The notes under the pieces were generated by a model, which had not been told where the DNA came from, did not search any database, and saw nothing but the letters and a program-made list of their open reading frames with translations. A stretch of 64,000 nucleotides of DNA from Podarcis pityusensis (lineage: Eukaryota). A program made the translations under genes and the position numbers. The stretch is from NCBI GenBank assembly GCA_964106645.2, contig OZ067045.1. The stretch is one strand, 5' to 3'. Below, one piece after another: positions 36,453-48,170 of this stretch (the first letter of the stretch is position 1; every line of letters starts with the position of its first letter).

Positions 36453-37351
36453 ATTCCAAGGGTCAGCTAGTCCAATTCTCTGCAAAGCAGAGATCCCTGA
36501 CAGATGGCCATCCAACTTGGTAAAAATAACACACCAAAGGGAAATTGCTTTGCAAGAAGAAGTGGTGTATATTAGGAGGAACATAACACTAAAATGCTGA
36601 TGAATTTTCATTCTTGGGGAGGGAGGAGAAAAAGGGAAACCAATGTGGAAACATGGAGAACGGACCTGAAGAATGGAAGAAGGAAAAAATGAGAGAAACC
36701 TACACTGACAGGTTCACCATTAGCCTTACTCAGAGTAGACTCTCTGAAATCAAGAGATGCAGGCAACTTATGACCACTAATGTTGATGGATCTACTCTGA
36801 ATAGTACGTGGTTGGCTTCATCCTGAAGATACACACCTCTTGTGTAGCCTTGAGAGCGATCTGTCTGGAAGCAAAGGACACCTGGAACTTCAAACAGTGT
36901 TCAAACCCCTGTCAGACTGGAATGTAATTAGAGCAAGTTCAACAGCATCCTGAAGCAGCGGAGGTCAGAGAGCAAGAGAGAGAGAGAGATCTGGCAGAAG
37001 GACTGAGCTGGGTCATTACTATGAGAGTGGGGGGTAGGACATGTACGACAAACCTTTAAGTCCCTTAATGACCGTGAACATTTCAGTTTGGGTTCCTCGT
37101 TGGGGACAATCCGCCCTCAACTGCAATAGAAACCACCTCAAACTTAGAACCTCTAGCTTTGATGCTTTGATAGAAGCCAGCTTTGTGCGATGCTCGATTT
37201 AGAGAGCGGCAGCCAGTGCTAGCCCTACTCAGAATAGATCCATTGAAGTTAATGGGGGTGGCTAACAAAGGTCCCCTAATTTCAATGGGTCTAATTTGAG
37301 TTGAAGTTAGTTGGATACAAAGAATATTTCTGCAAGCAATTTCACCTAATA

Positions 37352-37593
37352 CAGTGGTGCCTCAGGTTACATACGCTTCAGGTTACATACGCTTCAGGTT
37401 ACAGACTCCGCTAACCCAGAAATAGTGCCTCAGGTTAAGAACTTTGCTTCAGGATGAGAACAGAAATCGTGCTCCGGCGGCGCGACAGCAGCAGGAGGCC
37501 CCATTAGCTAAAGTGATGCTTCAGGTTAAGAACAGTTTCAGGTTAAGTACGGACCTCCGGAACGAATTAAGTACTTAACCTAAGGTACCACTG
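37352..37593 (+). mobile_element. pogo/Tigger-type MITE, copy 4
   Basis: TA-CAGTGGTGCCT...AGGTACCACTG-TA. Confidence 0.93.
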
Positions 37594-37697
37594 TATACAC
37601 TTTTTTAAAAAATGTACATCTTCCTATTATATATGGATTTTTGCATTGGATTGTGGGGAAGGGGTAAAAACAGGGCAAGTGAATGTTTGGTGAGGGT

Positions 37698-37698
<1 letters not shown>

Positions 37699-37743
<45 letters not shown>
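37699..37743. repeat. (CT)n microsatellite
   Basis: Direct inspection. Confidence 0.95.
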
Positions 37744-37749
<6 letters not shown>

Positions 37750-37774
37750 CAAGTGACAACAATGGAGTTGTGAC

Positions 37775-37965
37775 CAAGGGTGCCAACGCAAGTAAAATGT
37801 TGGTGGGGGGCAGGTAAGCCTTGCCTCACATCATCCATCACAAGACACAACACACACACACACCATTTGAATGGCAATGCCTATTAACTTTCGGGGGCCC
37901 GGCCCCCACAAATACTTTATTGGGGAGGGGTGAGGGCACCTCAGCCTTAGGTGTTGGCTCCTACG
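37775..37965 (+). mobile_element. hAT MITE (CAGGGGTGCCAAC family), copy 4
   Basis: 8-bp TSD GTTGTGAC/GTTGCGAC. Confidence 0.87.
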
Positions 37966-38439
37966 GTTGCGACATTTTGCTGAATTCTCTCTGTGGTGTG
38001 TGCATAAAATTCTCCAACTCTTTAGAAAGAAAATTCTCAGGAAATCAATCTGAACATCTCTTTTGAGAGATTTCAGCCCAGCCAGCCACAGTCGCCTCTG
38101 AAGACAGAACCGCTTTGAGAAATCGGCTGCACGCAATCTCAATATTCAGCCAGGTTTGTGCTGGAGCACCTGAACTAGAAACCTTAATGACGCTTAACTG
38201 TGATGAATTACTATATGATAACACCATAAATAATAAACAAACCAATTTATGTCGTAGGTACATTAGAATATTTGTAACTTGCCAAGGGCTCCCTGGGGCG
38301 GCTGACAAAATTGTAAAGCAGGTGCATAATGAAAGCAACAATTAAAACATAATTGCCCCCAGAAGCAATCAATTAAGTAAAAAAAAAAAAAAAAAGATAA
38401 CAAGGCCAGCAGGGGTTTTTGTTAAAGGAATCTGTATAG

Positions 38440-38577
38440 AAGGTCTGAGGAACTCATAGCCCTTCAGGTGTTGCTGAACTACAACTCCCATCATCCTTGG
38501 CCATAGGCCATTCTAGCAGGGGCTGATGGGAGTCGGAGTCCAACAGCACCTGGAAGGCCAAAGGTTTCCCACCCCTG
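38440..38577. mobile_element. Palindromic hAT MITE (ACTACAACTCCC core)
   Basis: Inverted arms; flanks CTGTATAG/ATGAATAG. Confidence 0.72.
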
Positions 38578-38593
38578 ATGAATAGCATACTGA

Positions 38594-38656
38594 ATTATTA
38601 TTATTATTATTGAATAGGACATTCCTATTTTCATCAGAGAAATGTTGGAGGGTATG
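38594..38656 (+). mobile_element. Isolated right terminus of the composite CA...TG MITE
   Basis: (ATT)n-GAATAGGACATTCCTATTTTCATCAGAGAAATGTTGGAGGGTATG. Confidence 0.8.
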
Positions 38657-40016
38657 AAACAGGATGCTGGACTAGGTCCTGATCCAGGAGGGCTCTTCTT
38701 ACTTGCAAGTGGTGAATCAAAGCATCAGTACACATGGAAATAGTGTAGGTAGCAGATTAATATGCCAGATCTACATCCAAGACTGCTGACTCAGTTATTT
38801 TAAAACTCCAGTAATTGACTTTGTTGGGGGTTTTTTGTTTTTGTTTCTTAAAATGGCATTAGCATTTAAATGGTAACAGCATTATAAAGGTGAAGGTTCA
38901 GCAGAATATGATCAATGTATTGAAATTTGCAAATGTTCCCTTTGAGTGTGTGTGCGTGCCTGCGATAGGCACACCGAGACAGCTTTTCACGCTGCTGGGA
39001 TTTTATTTGGTGTTATGTCAGGAAAAAAGTGTATAGCATCAAGTAGCACTCTTGAGTCGGCAGCTGCTAGGTGGAGACAAGTAAGAATTTTACCCTTCAA
39101 TTTCTCACCCTCCTTCCAAAGCTTCATTTCCTTCAAAGCTAGTCCCGTGATTATAAAAAAAAAACCACCCAGAGCTGATCTATTTGCAAAAATGTGGGGA
39201 GGTTTATCCCCCATTGATCCACTGCCATGAGAATTATTAGTATGCAATTATACAAGCATATTCGTATACACTTACTAGTATGCAATTGTGGTTTTTTCAA
39301 CAGAGCATTGGACATATTTGACACAAGAATGCAGTTGCATTGGTTATTATTATATTTTATGTCCTGCTTAAATGATGTCAAATTGGCTTCTGAGCCATGT
39401 ACAAGTATAAAAACCAATGGCATAAACATCCAAATATAAAGACCCATGATAAAAATGCACAATAAAGCAATTGCCTGAGAACATTAACATATAAACATGC
39501 ATTATTAGGATATGCAAAAAAAAAAGCAAAAAAAAAAGCAGCAATCCCATCAAAAGGAAGCAGCAGAAGACTAGGACCTGAGTTTTCCACAATTCATGGT
39601 CTTGACCAGATGGACTAATCTCAACACCCTTTGGGGTTTATGGACAGCATCACATGAGAAGAAGCGTGGTGCAGTGGTCGGAGTGTGGACTAAGGCTGCG
39701 GAGACCCGAGTTCAAAGCCCTGTGAAGTTCACTGAACAAAGAATGCCTCAATATGTATCTGTTTTTTCCCCTCGGGGAAATGGGCAAGAATCAACCCTTT
39801 CAATACAACAAAATCGTCTCACTGAGCAAAAGCTCCAGCCAGGAATGGTGGATCGGAATTAAGCAGCAGAACTAAAACCCCATCCCTTGTGCCTCCTGCA
39901 ATGGAAGGCTTAAAACTGGTGGTTATGTCCAACATTTTTCCACGGGACCATCTCCAGGCTGGTGCAGAACAGGGGTTAGGATCCTGGCTCTCCATGGGAC
40001 ATGGTCCAGCTTTGGA

Positions 40017-40637
40017 TAGGGTTGCCATATTTCAAGATGTAAAATTCTTGACATCCACAAAGTTGTTGTTGAGGGGTTTTTTTTGGGGGGGGTTAAGGAA
40101 ACCACCCAAATTGTTGATAAAATAGTGGTTTTAAGCTTTTGGAGCTGTTTCCGCTGTTTTCTTCCATCACGTTGCCATACATCTGGGTTTTCCCTGACAT
40201 TTTTTTTTTTTTTTACGATACGATAATCTTTATTGTCATTGTCCCATACAGAACAACGAAACTGAAAAAATCTACACCAGACATTCAAAAACCAACAAGC
40301 CTGCTATCCCAGCTATCCCAGCCTGGGTAACCCCCTAAAAACTCTGATACCCCATAATTAAATACAATATACTACCATAGAGACTACCTTACACTGCATT
40401 TAAAACCAAAATTGCATTTGGATAGAAATTGTTTCTCAGGCGGCTAGTCCTAGTCTTTATAACCCTGTACCTTCTCCCAGAAGGCAGAAGCTGAAAGAGA
40501 TCATTTCTGGGGTGCGCACTATCCTGCACTATCTCTGCAGCTTTCATATGACAAAATCCACACACACACACCCCATGCCATTTTTGCACCAGAAAAACAG
40601 GACATGTCAGGAATTTTCCTGATGTATGGCAAGCCTA
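40017..40637. mobile_element. hAT (Blackjack-like) non-autonomous element with a Rex1 insertion
   Basis: TIR TAGGGTTGCCATA / TATGGCAAGCCTA; 8-bp TSD GCTTTGGA/GCTTGGGA. Confidence 0.87.
40215..40545 (-). mobile_element. Rex1/Babar LINE 3' end
   Basis: Peptide IVQDSAHPRNDLFQLLPSGRRYRVIKTRTSRLRNNFYPNAILVLN* (Rex1 C-terminal signature); 3' end ATGACAATAAAG + (TATCG)n. Confidence 0.88.
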
Positions 40638-40742
40638 GCTTGGGATCCAGCAGATTTGTGCTGGACCTGCTCTCCCTCCCCAGTGCTCCTCTGAGAGCTG
40701 CCAATGGAGATAGCACACACTCTCCTGTACTTTCAGTGATTG

Positions 40743-40977
40743 TAGGGTTGCCATATCTTGAAGAGCAGAAAAAGAGGACAGCCTGAGCCACTGCCAGCCT
40801 GAGCCCGGGAAAGAAGGGCACAGGTATGCGGGGCCACTGGCTTGGACTGGCAGCAGCTGCGGTGTGCAGAGCTGCCTGTGCCCCTTGCCCCCTCCCAAAC
40901 CCTAGACATTTCCTTTAAAATGTGGAAACCCCCCCTGGATTGGCATTTTGGCCCCCCAAAAGAGGACATATGGCAAC
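40743..40977. mobile_element. Second Blackjack-like hAT MITE
   Basis: TAGGGTTGCCATAT...ATATGGCAAC; AGAGGACA subterminal motifs; no TSD found. Confidence 0.65.
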
Positions 40978-42959
40978 AGGAGCCCTGCATAAGAGGAGCC
41001 TGGCCCATGCGTGGAGAGACGCTTCCAGCTCATCCTCGCCCCTTCCAGCAGTGTGGGACAGTGGTTAGGGTTGCTCTGCTCAGTCCTGGGAATTACATAC
41101 TAGATCAATAATTGCAAGAGTTATGGTTCTATGCACAATTTTTCTGAAAAGGGAGATTTTTTTAAAAAGCAAGTTTGGCCCAATGGAGAAGCAAAATTAA
41201 ATAGGTACATTGCGTATGTTTGTGTGGCTGATAATTTTGCAAAGATACGAATTTCTTCATTTGGTAAGGCTAGAATTTCACTAAAGAAAACGAAACAGGA
41301 GGCACGCTCCTTATTCCAGAATGTCACACATGCATTCAAATGCTTAAAAAAAAATTAAATGCTTAGTTTGAAATATAATTTAGGTCACATTTTTTTAAAA
41401 AATGATTTTTTTAAAAAATGCATAATTTTAAGGGAAAGCAAGACAGGGAACATATTAAAATATTTATTCCCAACAATCATGAAGTGCCTCATCTTGCAAA
41501 GCAAATCAGAAATGGTGTTTCTTGACTGGATAATCCAGAGTTAGGCATTTAGTTTGCAATCCTCCAAATGCTTACCTGGCAGTAAGTCTCACTGAATTCA
41601 ATGGGACTTACCTCTGGGTAGATATGGCTAGGTTTCCACCAAGGTAAAGTTTCATTTGGAGTTTTAAATTTTAAAAGGCTTATGTCTCATAAATCGCTGG
41701 ATGAGACTGTGCTCTGCCCACTACGTCCCTGCCCGGCTTTCAAATGTGGGGCCAATTCCGTTTAAAGAAAAGTCCCAACAATATGTCACAACCCAAATGT
41801 CTAAGTCTTTTGTTTTGTTTTTAAAGCCACTCCTAATCTGGTTTGGAGCATTCATCTTTTGTCACTTGGGAGTTAAGAGAGATCCACACGGCCTGTAAAC
41901 AAGGCAAACGACGTTCTGCCTTAACCACAAAATTAGAACCCATCTCAACTTTCTTTAAAAAAATAATAATAATAAAGTAACAACAACCTCTGGACTGTTT
42001 CCTGAATCGGAGAAGCTCTTAATATCGCAAAGAATCCATCTCAAACTTCTGAAACATTTGTCGCTACCAGAAGTGCCAGCAATTTTTTATGAGCCTGATG
42101 TTTTCTCGTCTTTACTGCAGCCTCCTCTGCCAGGAAATCTTTCCAGCTTCGGCTCATGTTAGCAGAGGCCCAGGGACCGTGCCAAAAATTAACTCAAAGT
42201 GTATCCTCCCCTCTGTTCAAGGAAGGTTCATTAGCGGCCAATTACACTATACAAGGGACTTGCTATCATATAAAGCTATGTCAACGATCCAAGCCGGCAG
42301 ATTTTGTGAAGGCTTTTCTCGGCATTTCCCCAGGAAGGGGGAGACACGCCCGCAAGAGGAACACTCAGTAGCACTTAATAAACTTGGTCATCTGAGCAAA
42401 ATGTAGCCAAAATATAGTGTGCATGCACTCACACACCCTTGCGAATTGCGTGCCCTTGAAAAAGTTTGCAGCTGGGAAAAGGGGCATGCGCATAACAGCC
42501 TTATATTCTCATACCAGGGATCACTGCCCACGCTCAGCCTATCCTAGGATTTTATTTATTCTGCAACAGCCAGTTATTCTGCAACAGCCAGTCCTCAGGC
42601 CTATATACTAGTAGGGAACACATTCTCTGGATTCCGATCTGTGCATAGTTAAAACAGCATCATCCGCACACGAGTGGGAAGATCCTGGCATACTTGTGGG
42701 ACACACAATACATTTTCAGACGTATGGAATTTCTTTGGGAGGGGGAAATCCTAAAGGAAGGGGAGGACGAAACAGCTCAATTATTGCTGAGCATGTTTGG
42801 TGAAGTCAGAATGCTGAATGGTTGTTGCAGGGAGGGGGCAATGGAACACTGGGGAGGGGAAATGGAATGGAGTATTCTGGAAATGTGCATGGCTGGCTGA
42901 AAACTTGATGCCAGGCTGCAATGTTGCACAAGATCATGTTTCATTTTATTTTCCTTTTG

Positions 42960-43044
42960 GAGATAGATAGATAGATAGATGATAGATAGATAGACAGACA
43001 GACAGATAGTCTTAGATCCTCATAAAATGAAATATAATAATAAC

Positions 43045-43083
<39 letters not shown>
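42960..43083. repeat. (GATA/GACA)n and (AAT)n microsatellites
   Basis: Direct inspection. Confidence 0.92.
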
Positions 43084-43084
43084 T

Positions 43085-43450
43085 TGTCATTTTACTCAAA
43101 AGAATAACTGAAAGCAATTTACAAATACAACGGAAATGTCAAAATCAATTACAATAAATGTAATCAGTAAAACACTTACAAGCACAAATGCGTACAAACA
43201 AAAGGCAAGTCTACTGTTCCATCAGAAGAGGTCACGAATATTTGAAACCCTTTGAATTAAGGGCCAAAAACCTGTGTGAAAACAAAAGTTTTTGCCTGGT
43301 GCCCCAAATGAGACAAAGGTGGTGCCAGGCAAGCCTCCCTGGGGCCGGGCATTGCACAAGCTGGGAGCCACCACCGAAAAGGCCTGTTCCCATGTTACCA
43401 GGCCTCCAGTAGAGGGAGGGCACACATAGAAGGGCCAGGTCAGTTCATAT
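43085..43450 (-). mobile_element. Degraded L2-clade LINE 3' fragment
   Basis: Peptide EQAFSVVAPSLCNA on minus strand. Confidence 0.7.
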
Positions 43451-45724
43451 GGAAGGGAAGTTCATGGAAGGAAAGCTTCCTGTTCCCCTCCTCTCTGAAC
43501 CAGCCCCCATTGTTCAGGAGAGACCTTCAACTGTTCAAAGAGGCATTTTGGGGTGTGGAGGGTACAGATGGTCCCAGAGGATGTGAAACTTTCATTGGCT
43601 TCCTTATCTTATCCCAAGGATCTAAGGCGTTATCACTCACGCATCCAACAATGATTTAAATAAATGAAGGATTGCATCCAACATTAGTCTGACGCTGAAA
43701 TTAATGGACGTGATTGAGGTCCATTAATTTAAATGGGTCTGCTTCAAGCAGAACTTAGTTTGATACAATCCAGGGACTTCTTGGCTGAACAGGGATAACA
43801 GAACTGCATGGGGTTATTTAAAGCTTTCATTTCCCCTTCCTTTTACATTTTTCAAAGAACAGAACAGAAATAGCTTGGGTGTGGAAGGGAAGACACTGAA
43901 AATGAGAAATCATCAATATGCATATTCCTTTAGCTACTGTACAGCCTTTTGTCCAAATTGTGCACAAAACTATGTCAGCAGTGTTGAATATCAGAATGAC
44001 TGGAATGCATATTTTACAGCTTATTATCATTTTTTAAAAAATGCTATGTTCTTTTATCTAGTTTCCACTGTATTTTCTCGATGGGTACATTTTCTGGTTC
44101 TTTTAAACCGTCTTTATTAACTTTCCCAGAAGAATCTTATATATTTCTGCTGCTTAATGCTCACTAGCCAGCCAGAAATCACAAGTGTTTGACTTTCTTT
44201 TCTTTTTTTGAGAGATTCAGCAAATATTTGGCATCTTTCAAGTATCGTTTTTCAACAGAGGAGCACGGGGGAGGCAGAACCATCATCTCAACCACACAGA
44301 TTTAATCCAGAAGGCCATCTCTATTAGAGGCTGCAGAACCAACTTTCAACAACAGAGGGCACCTTTATACAGTCGTTATGTTGCATTTCAAATGACTATA
44401 CTTAAAAGATACATGATAATCAAAACACGTTCTGGACCATCAACGAAACCCTTTTTAAAAATCCTGTTTTTAAAACTCGCTCTCTGATTATAATATGAAT
44501 ATGCTATATGTTCTACTGTTAGGAAGATTTTTTAGAGTTGATTTTTTAAAGAAAAGTTGGCTTAAAATAAAAACCTGGCGATGAAGAATTAAACACTGAT
44601 TTTAAGGGCAGGGGAAAGATATTTACATGCATATTCAATTCTGGATAACTTACTTTCCTTTTTCTTGATCTTACAAAGAAAACGCCATCTTTAAATCAAA
44701 CATGCAGAATAAAGGGCATAAAATATCCTACCCAAATACCAGCCCTAATTGGTGCACCTTCCTGGAACAAATCTGTGTCTGCACTTGCGATTCTAAAGCA
44801 ACAACTATTGTGACTTTCCAATACTGCCACATCTGGCTGTTCAGGACTCCCCAAGTCAGGATTTGATGGATACCATTCTCACTGAAAGTTTGTTCACTGT
44901 TTTCTCGGCCTTTCCCCTTGATACCTCGAAATTATGATGATATGGAAAATCATTATTTTTTAAACAGAGGGCATTTGAATGCAACGCCTCATCTAACCAT
45001 GACTATGTAGTTCAAGCCAATCTAATTTCCTTTACAGCTCCTGCATTCGCTTTCCTTGGCTGGAGAATTGCATCGCAGAATTCGGAAGATTGCAATTTTC
45101 AAAGAGCCGCTGTGTTTCAGTTTGCGTAGTGTTTTGCCTCACACAAATCACACAGATTTGGAAGATTTGCCCTAAAATATAAAGTGAATCAATTCTCTCC
45201 CCATCCCTAATTAAGATGCATGTGCATACACACGTGTGTGAGCCCGCACACAAACACACAACTCCTCCATCCCTCATACTACATGCATGTTAGCCCTTCT
45301 CACCCACCAGCTAAGCCCAACTGCCTCATTGAATCATGTCCTGTGTAATTCTTTTTGTCGCGTTTGTATGTGGACTACCAACATGGCTTATTCTGAAGAA
45401 TGGGTTTCCTGAAAACCCAGAATGAACCAATGGTGGTCTTCCGGTATGCTGCTCTACAAAACCTTCAGCCCCCATGACTGTTTGCATTGGATTGGATGGG
45501 ACAATGTACACACACGGAGGGCTTTTCTAAAGAGAAGTGTTCAGAATAACCTTCATTCATGAGGAGTTTGTACAGGTGTGAAAATGACAGTCATTCCATC
45601 ACATCAAATGCCCGGACAAGTTCTATTTGAGAAGAGCGGAGACTTTCCCCCTTTCCTTGTCAGCTTGAACACAGAAACCATTTGAAAGAGAAAAATGAGG
45701 GGTGGGTGGGATTCCTAAACTATA

Positions 45725-45955
45725 CAGTGGTACCTCAGGTTAAAAGCTTAATTCATTGCAGAGGTCCGTTCTTAACCAGAAACTGTTCTTAACCTGAAGC
45801 ACCACTTTAGCTAATGGGGCCTCCTGCCGCTGCCACACAATTTCTGTTCTTATCCTGAATCAAAGTTCTTAACCTGAGGTACTATTTCTGGGTTAGCGGA
45901 GTCTGTAACCTGAAGCGTCTGTAACCTGAAGCATATGTAACCCGAGTTACCCCTC
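45725..45955 (-). mobile_element. pogo/Tigger-type MITE, copy 5 (opposite orientation)
   Basis: Reverse complement of 6114-6355; TA flanks; right TIR degraded. Confidence 0.9.
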
Positions 45956-46965
45956 TAGTTCTTGTGCGATAGGGGACTAATAATTGCTGAAAAAAAATGA
46001 AAAATAAACCCCATGGATCATATCTAAACTCACTTTGAAATGCTGTTCTGTAGATGTAAATGAAAAGCAGGCCTGTAGACAGTCCTACAGCTGGTTTCAT
46101 GGAAGTAACTCAATGGACATACTTCTGAGTAGACAAACCTAAGATTGCCCTGTTCAGCTCAGTGCTCCTCCAAATTATAGAAAGTTCTCTTCCCATGCAA
46201 AAGAGGCTCCTCCTCTTCTGTCTAATTCACAATACAAATTTAAAATATATCGATGGTTTTAGTGGGTGTGTGGTTGAACCTTCCTACTTGCTGTGAGCTG
46301 GCTGAAGGTGACATGCCACTAAACTTTTTTTTCCAGCACTCTGCATCCTCCCTACACTTCCCGATCTGAAAGGGGCCAACTGGAGAAGCTGCCTCCCCAA
46401 ACCAACTCTGCCGTAGCCTGGAGCTGACTGTGTGCAGTGCAGCTAACATGGGACAAAGTGGGATTGCAATAGTGGGCAGCCAGCGGATGCCCCATCAACC
46501 TTGGTGCCTGCCTAGGAAAGCAAGCCTAGAAAGGGAGACTAAAGTTCTGTCAGCAGGTTCTAGGAACCTCATAATCTCTTTGTTGTAAGATTTCAGGGAT
46601 GGTATGTGAGTTTGTTTGGGTCTTTGGAAGAGTCAGGAGGCTGAGAGATGTCAAGTGGAAGAAGGAATATATGTCAGCATTTATTTCTTAGTAATTTGCA
46701 TTCCGGGTATTATTGTGTTTGTTTGTAATATTTGTTGTGGTGGTGGTTTATATGTATAGAAATGGTCTAAATATATAAACAAGATTAATAATTTCCCTGG
46801 TTTTTAACTGAGGAATGGGAAGCCAGGGAGTCTGGTTTAACCAGTGCCTGAGATTGGCCTTTTATCTTAAAATAAAGTTGTTGGGTTTTTGTTTTTGTTT
46901 AAAAAAGGCTTAACAAATAAACAATAAGCCGTTGTCAAGAGTATGACACTTGGTGAGACCAATGA

Positions 46966-47657
46966 CAGACCCTATTTTCCAGGGATGTTCCTGATTTAGA
47001 GAAACCATCCCACTTTCTGATTTGATCCTGGAAGGTCCCGCTTTTCTTTAGGATGTTCCCATTTTCATTGTTGGAGGGTATGGAGTTATTCACCCCCTGA
47101 GCCACCTGAAGGCAATCCTGTATAGGGAAGTTTTTTAAAAATGTCTAATGTTTTATTACGTTTTCATATATGTTGAAGGCTGCCCAGATTGTCTGGGGAA
47201 ACCCAAGAATATGTGGGGGGTATGAATAGCAAAATTATCATTATGGAATAAAGGTAAAGGTAAAGGGACCCCTGACCCTTAGGTCCAGTCGTGACCGACT
47301 CTGGGGTTGCGTCGCTCATCTCGCTTTATTGGCCGAGGGAGCCAGCGTACAGCTTCCGGGTCATGTGGCCAGCATGACTAAGCCACTTCTTGCAAACCAG
47401 AGCAGCGCACGGAAACGCCGTTTACCTTCCTGCCAGAGCAGTACCTATTTATCTACTTGCACTTTGACGTGCTTTCAAACTGCTAGGTTGGCAGGAGCAG
47501 GGACCAAGCAATGGGAGCTCACCCTGTTGTGGGGATTCGAACCGCCGACCTTGTGATTGGCAAGTCCTAGGCTCTGTGTTTAACCAACAGTGCCACCCAC
47601 GTCCCCATTATGGAATGGGACGTCTCTATTTTCATCACAGAAATGTTGGAGGGTATG
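46966..47657 (+). mobile_element. Composite CA...TG MITE with L2 cargo, copy E (nested Sauria SINE)
   Basis: CAGACCCT...TTGGAGGGTATG; perfect 6-bp TSD CAATGA. Confidence 0.9.
47250..47605 (-). mobile_element. Sauria SINE, full length
   Basis: Highly similar to 10206-10561; TSD CATTATGGAAT. Confidence 0.95.
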
Positions 47658-48167
47658 CAATGAATTACAGATCTGTAAACCTTTGGCTTCTGGCCCCACT
47701 CACCACTGGTATGTGGCCTCTGGAAAGTTGCCCATGAGAGAATGTGGCCCTCAGGCTACAAAAGGTTCTCCTCCCCAGATGGACAAGCTCCTCCAGTGAT
47801 GGGAGAAACATCTATTGCTAAGTAGGTACTACAAAAAGGCCCACTTCAAGCTTCAGACCTGGCAACTCCACCTCTCTGAAGACATCCAGGAACCAGTTCC
47901 TGAAGTCTTTCTCTTTGGTGCATTTGTGTTTCTGCGTGGTTTTGTTTTGTTTTTTCCCTCAAAGGGAAAAGGAAACTCCAGAGACCACCAAGTGCATTAC
48001 TATTCTTCTGGTTCCCGAGGTGAGATCATGGCTTGGTATCACATGCAGGCAGCTCATTAGCTGTCTCCTGGAATTGTTTCTTTGCCCAAGCCAGTTCCTT
48101 GCTATTATTATCCTCAACTGAAGGCAGGAGATTTCAGCTGGTTCCCTTGTTTGCCTAGTGATTTTTG

Positions 48168-48170
<3 letters not shown>

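Noticed and set aside
39060-39080. CTCF-like motif CTGCTAGGTGGAG
   Set aside because: Mismatches at core positions; too weak without ChIP data.
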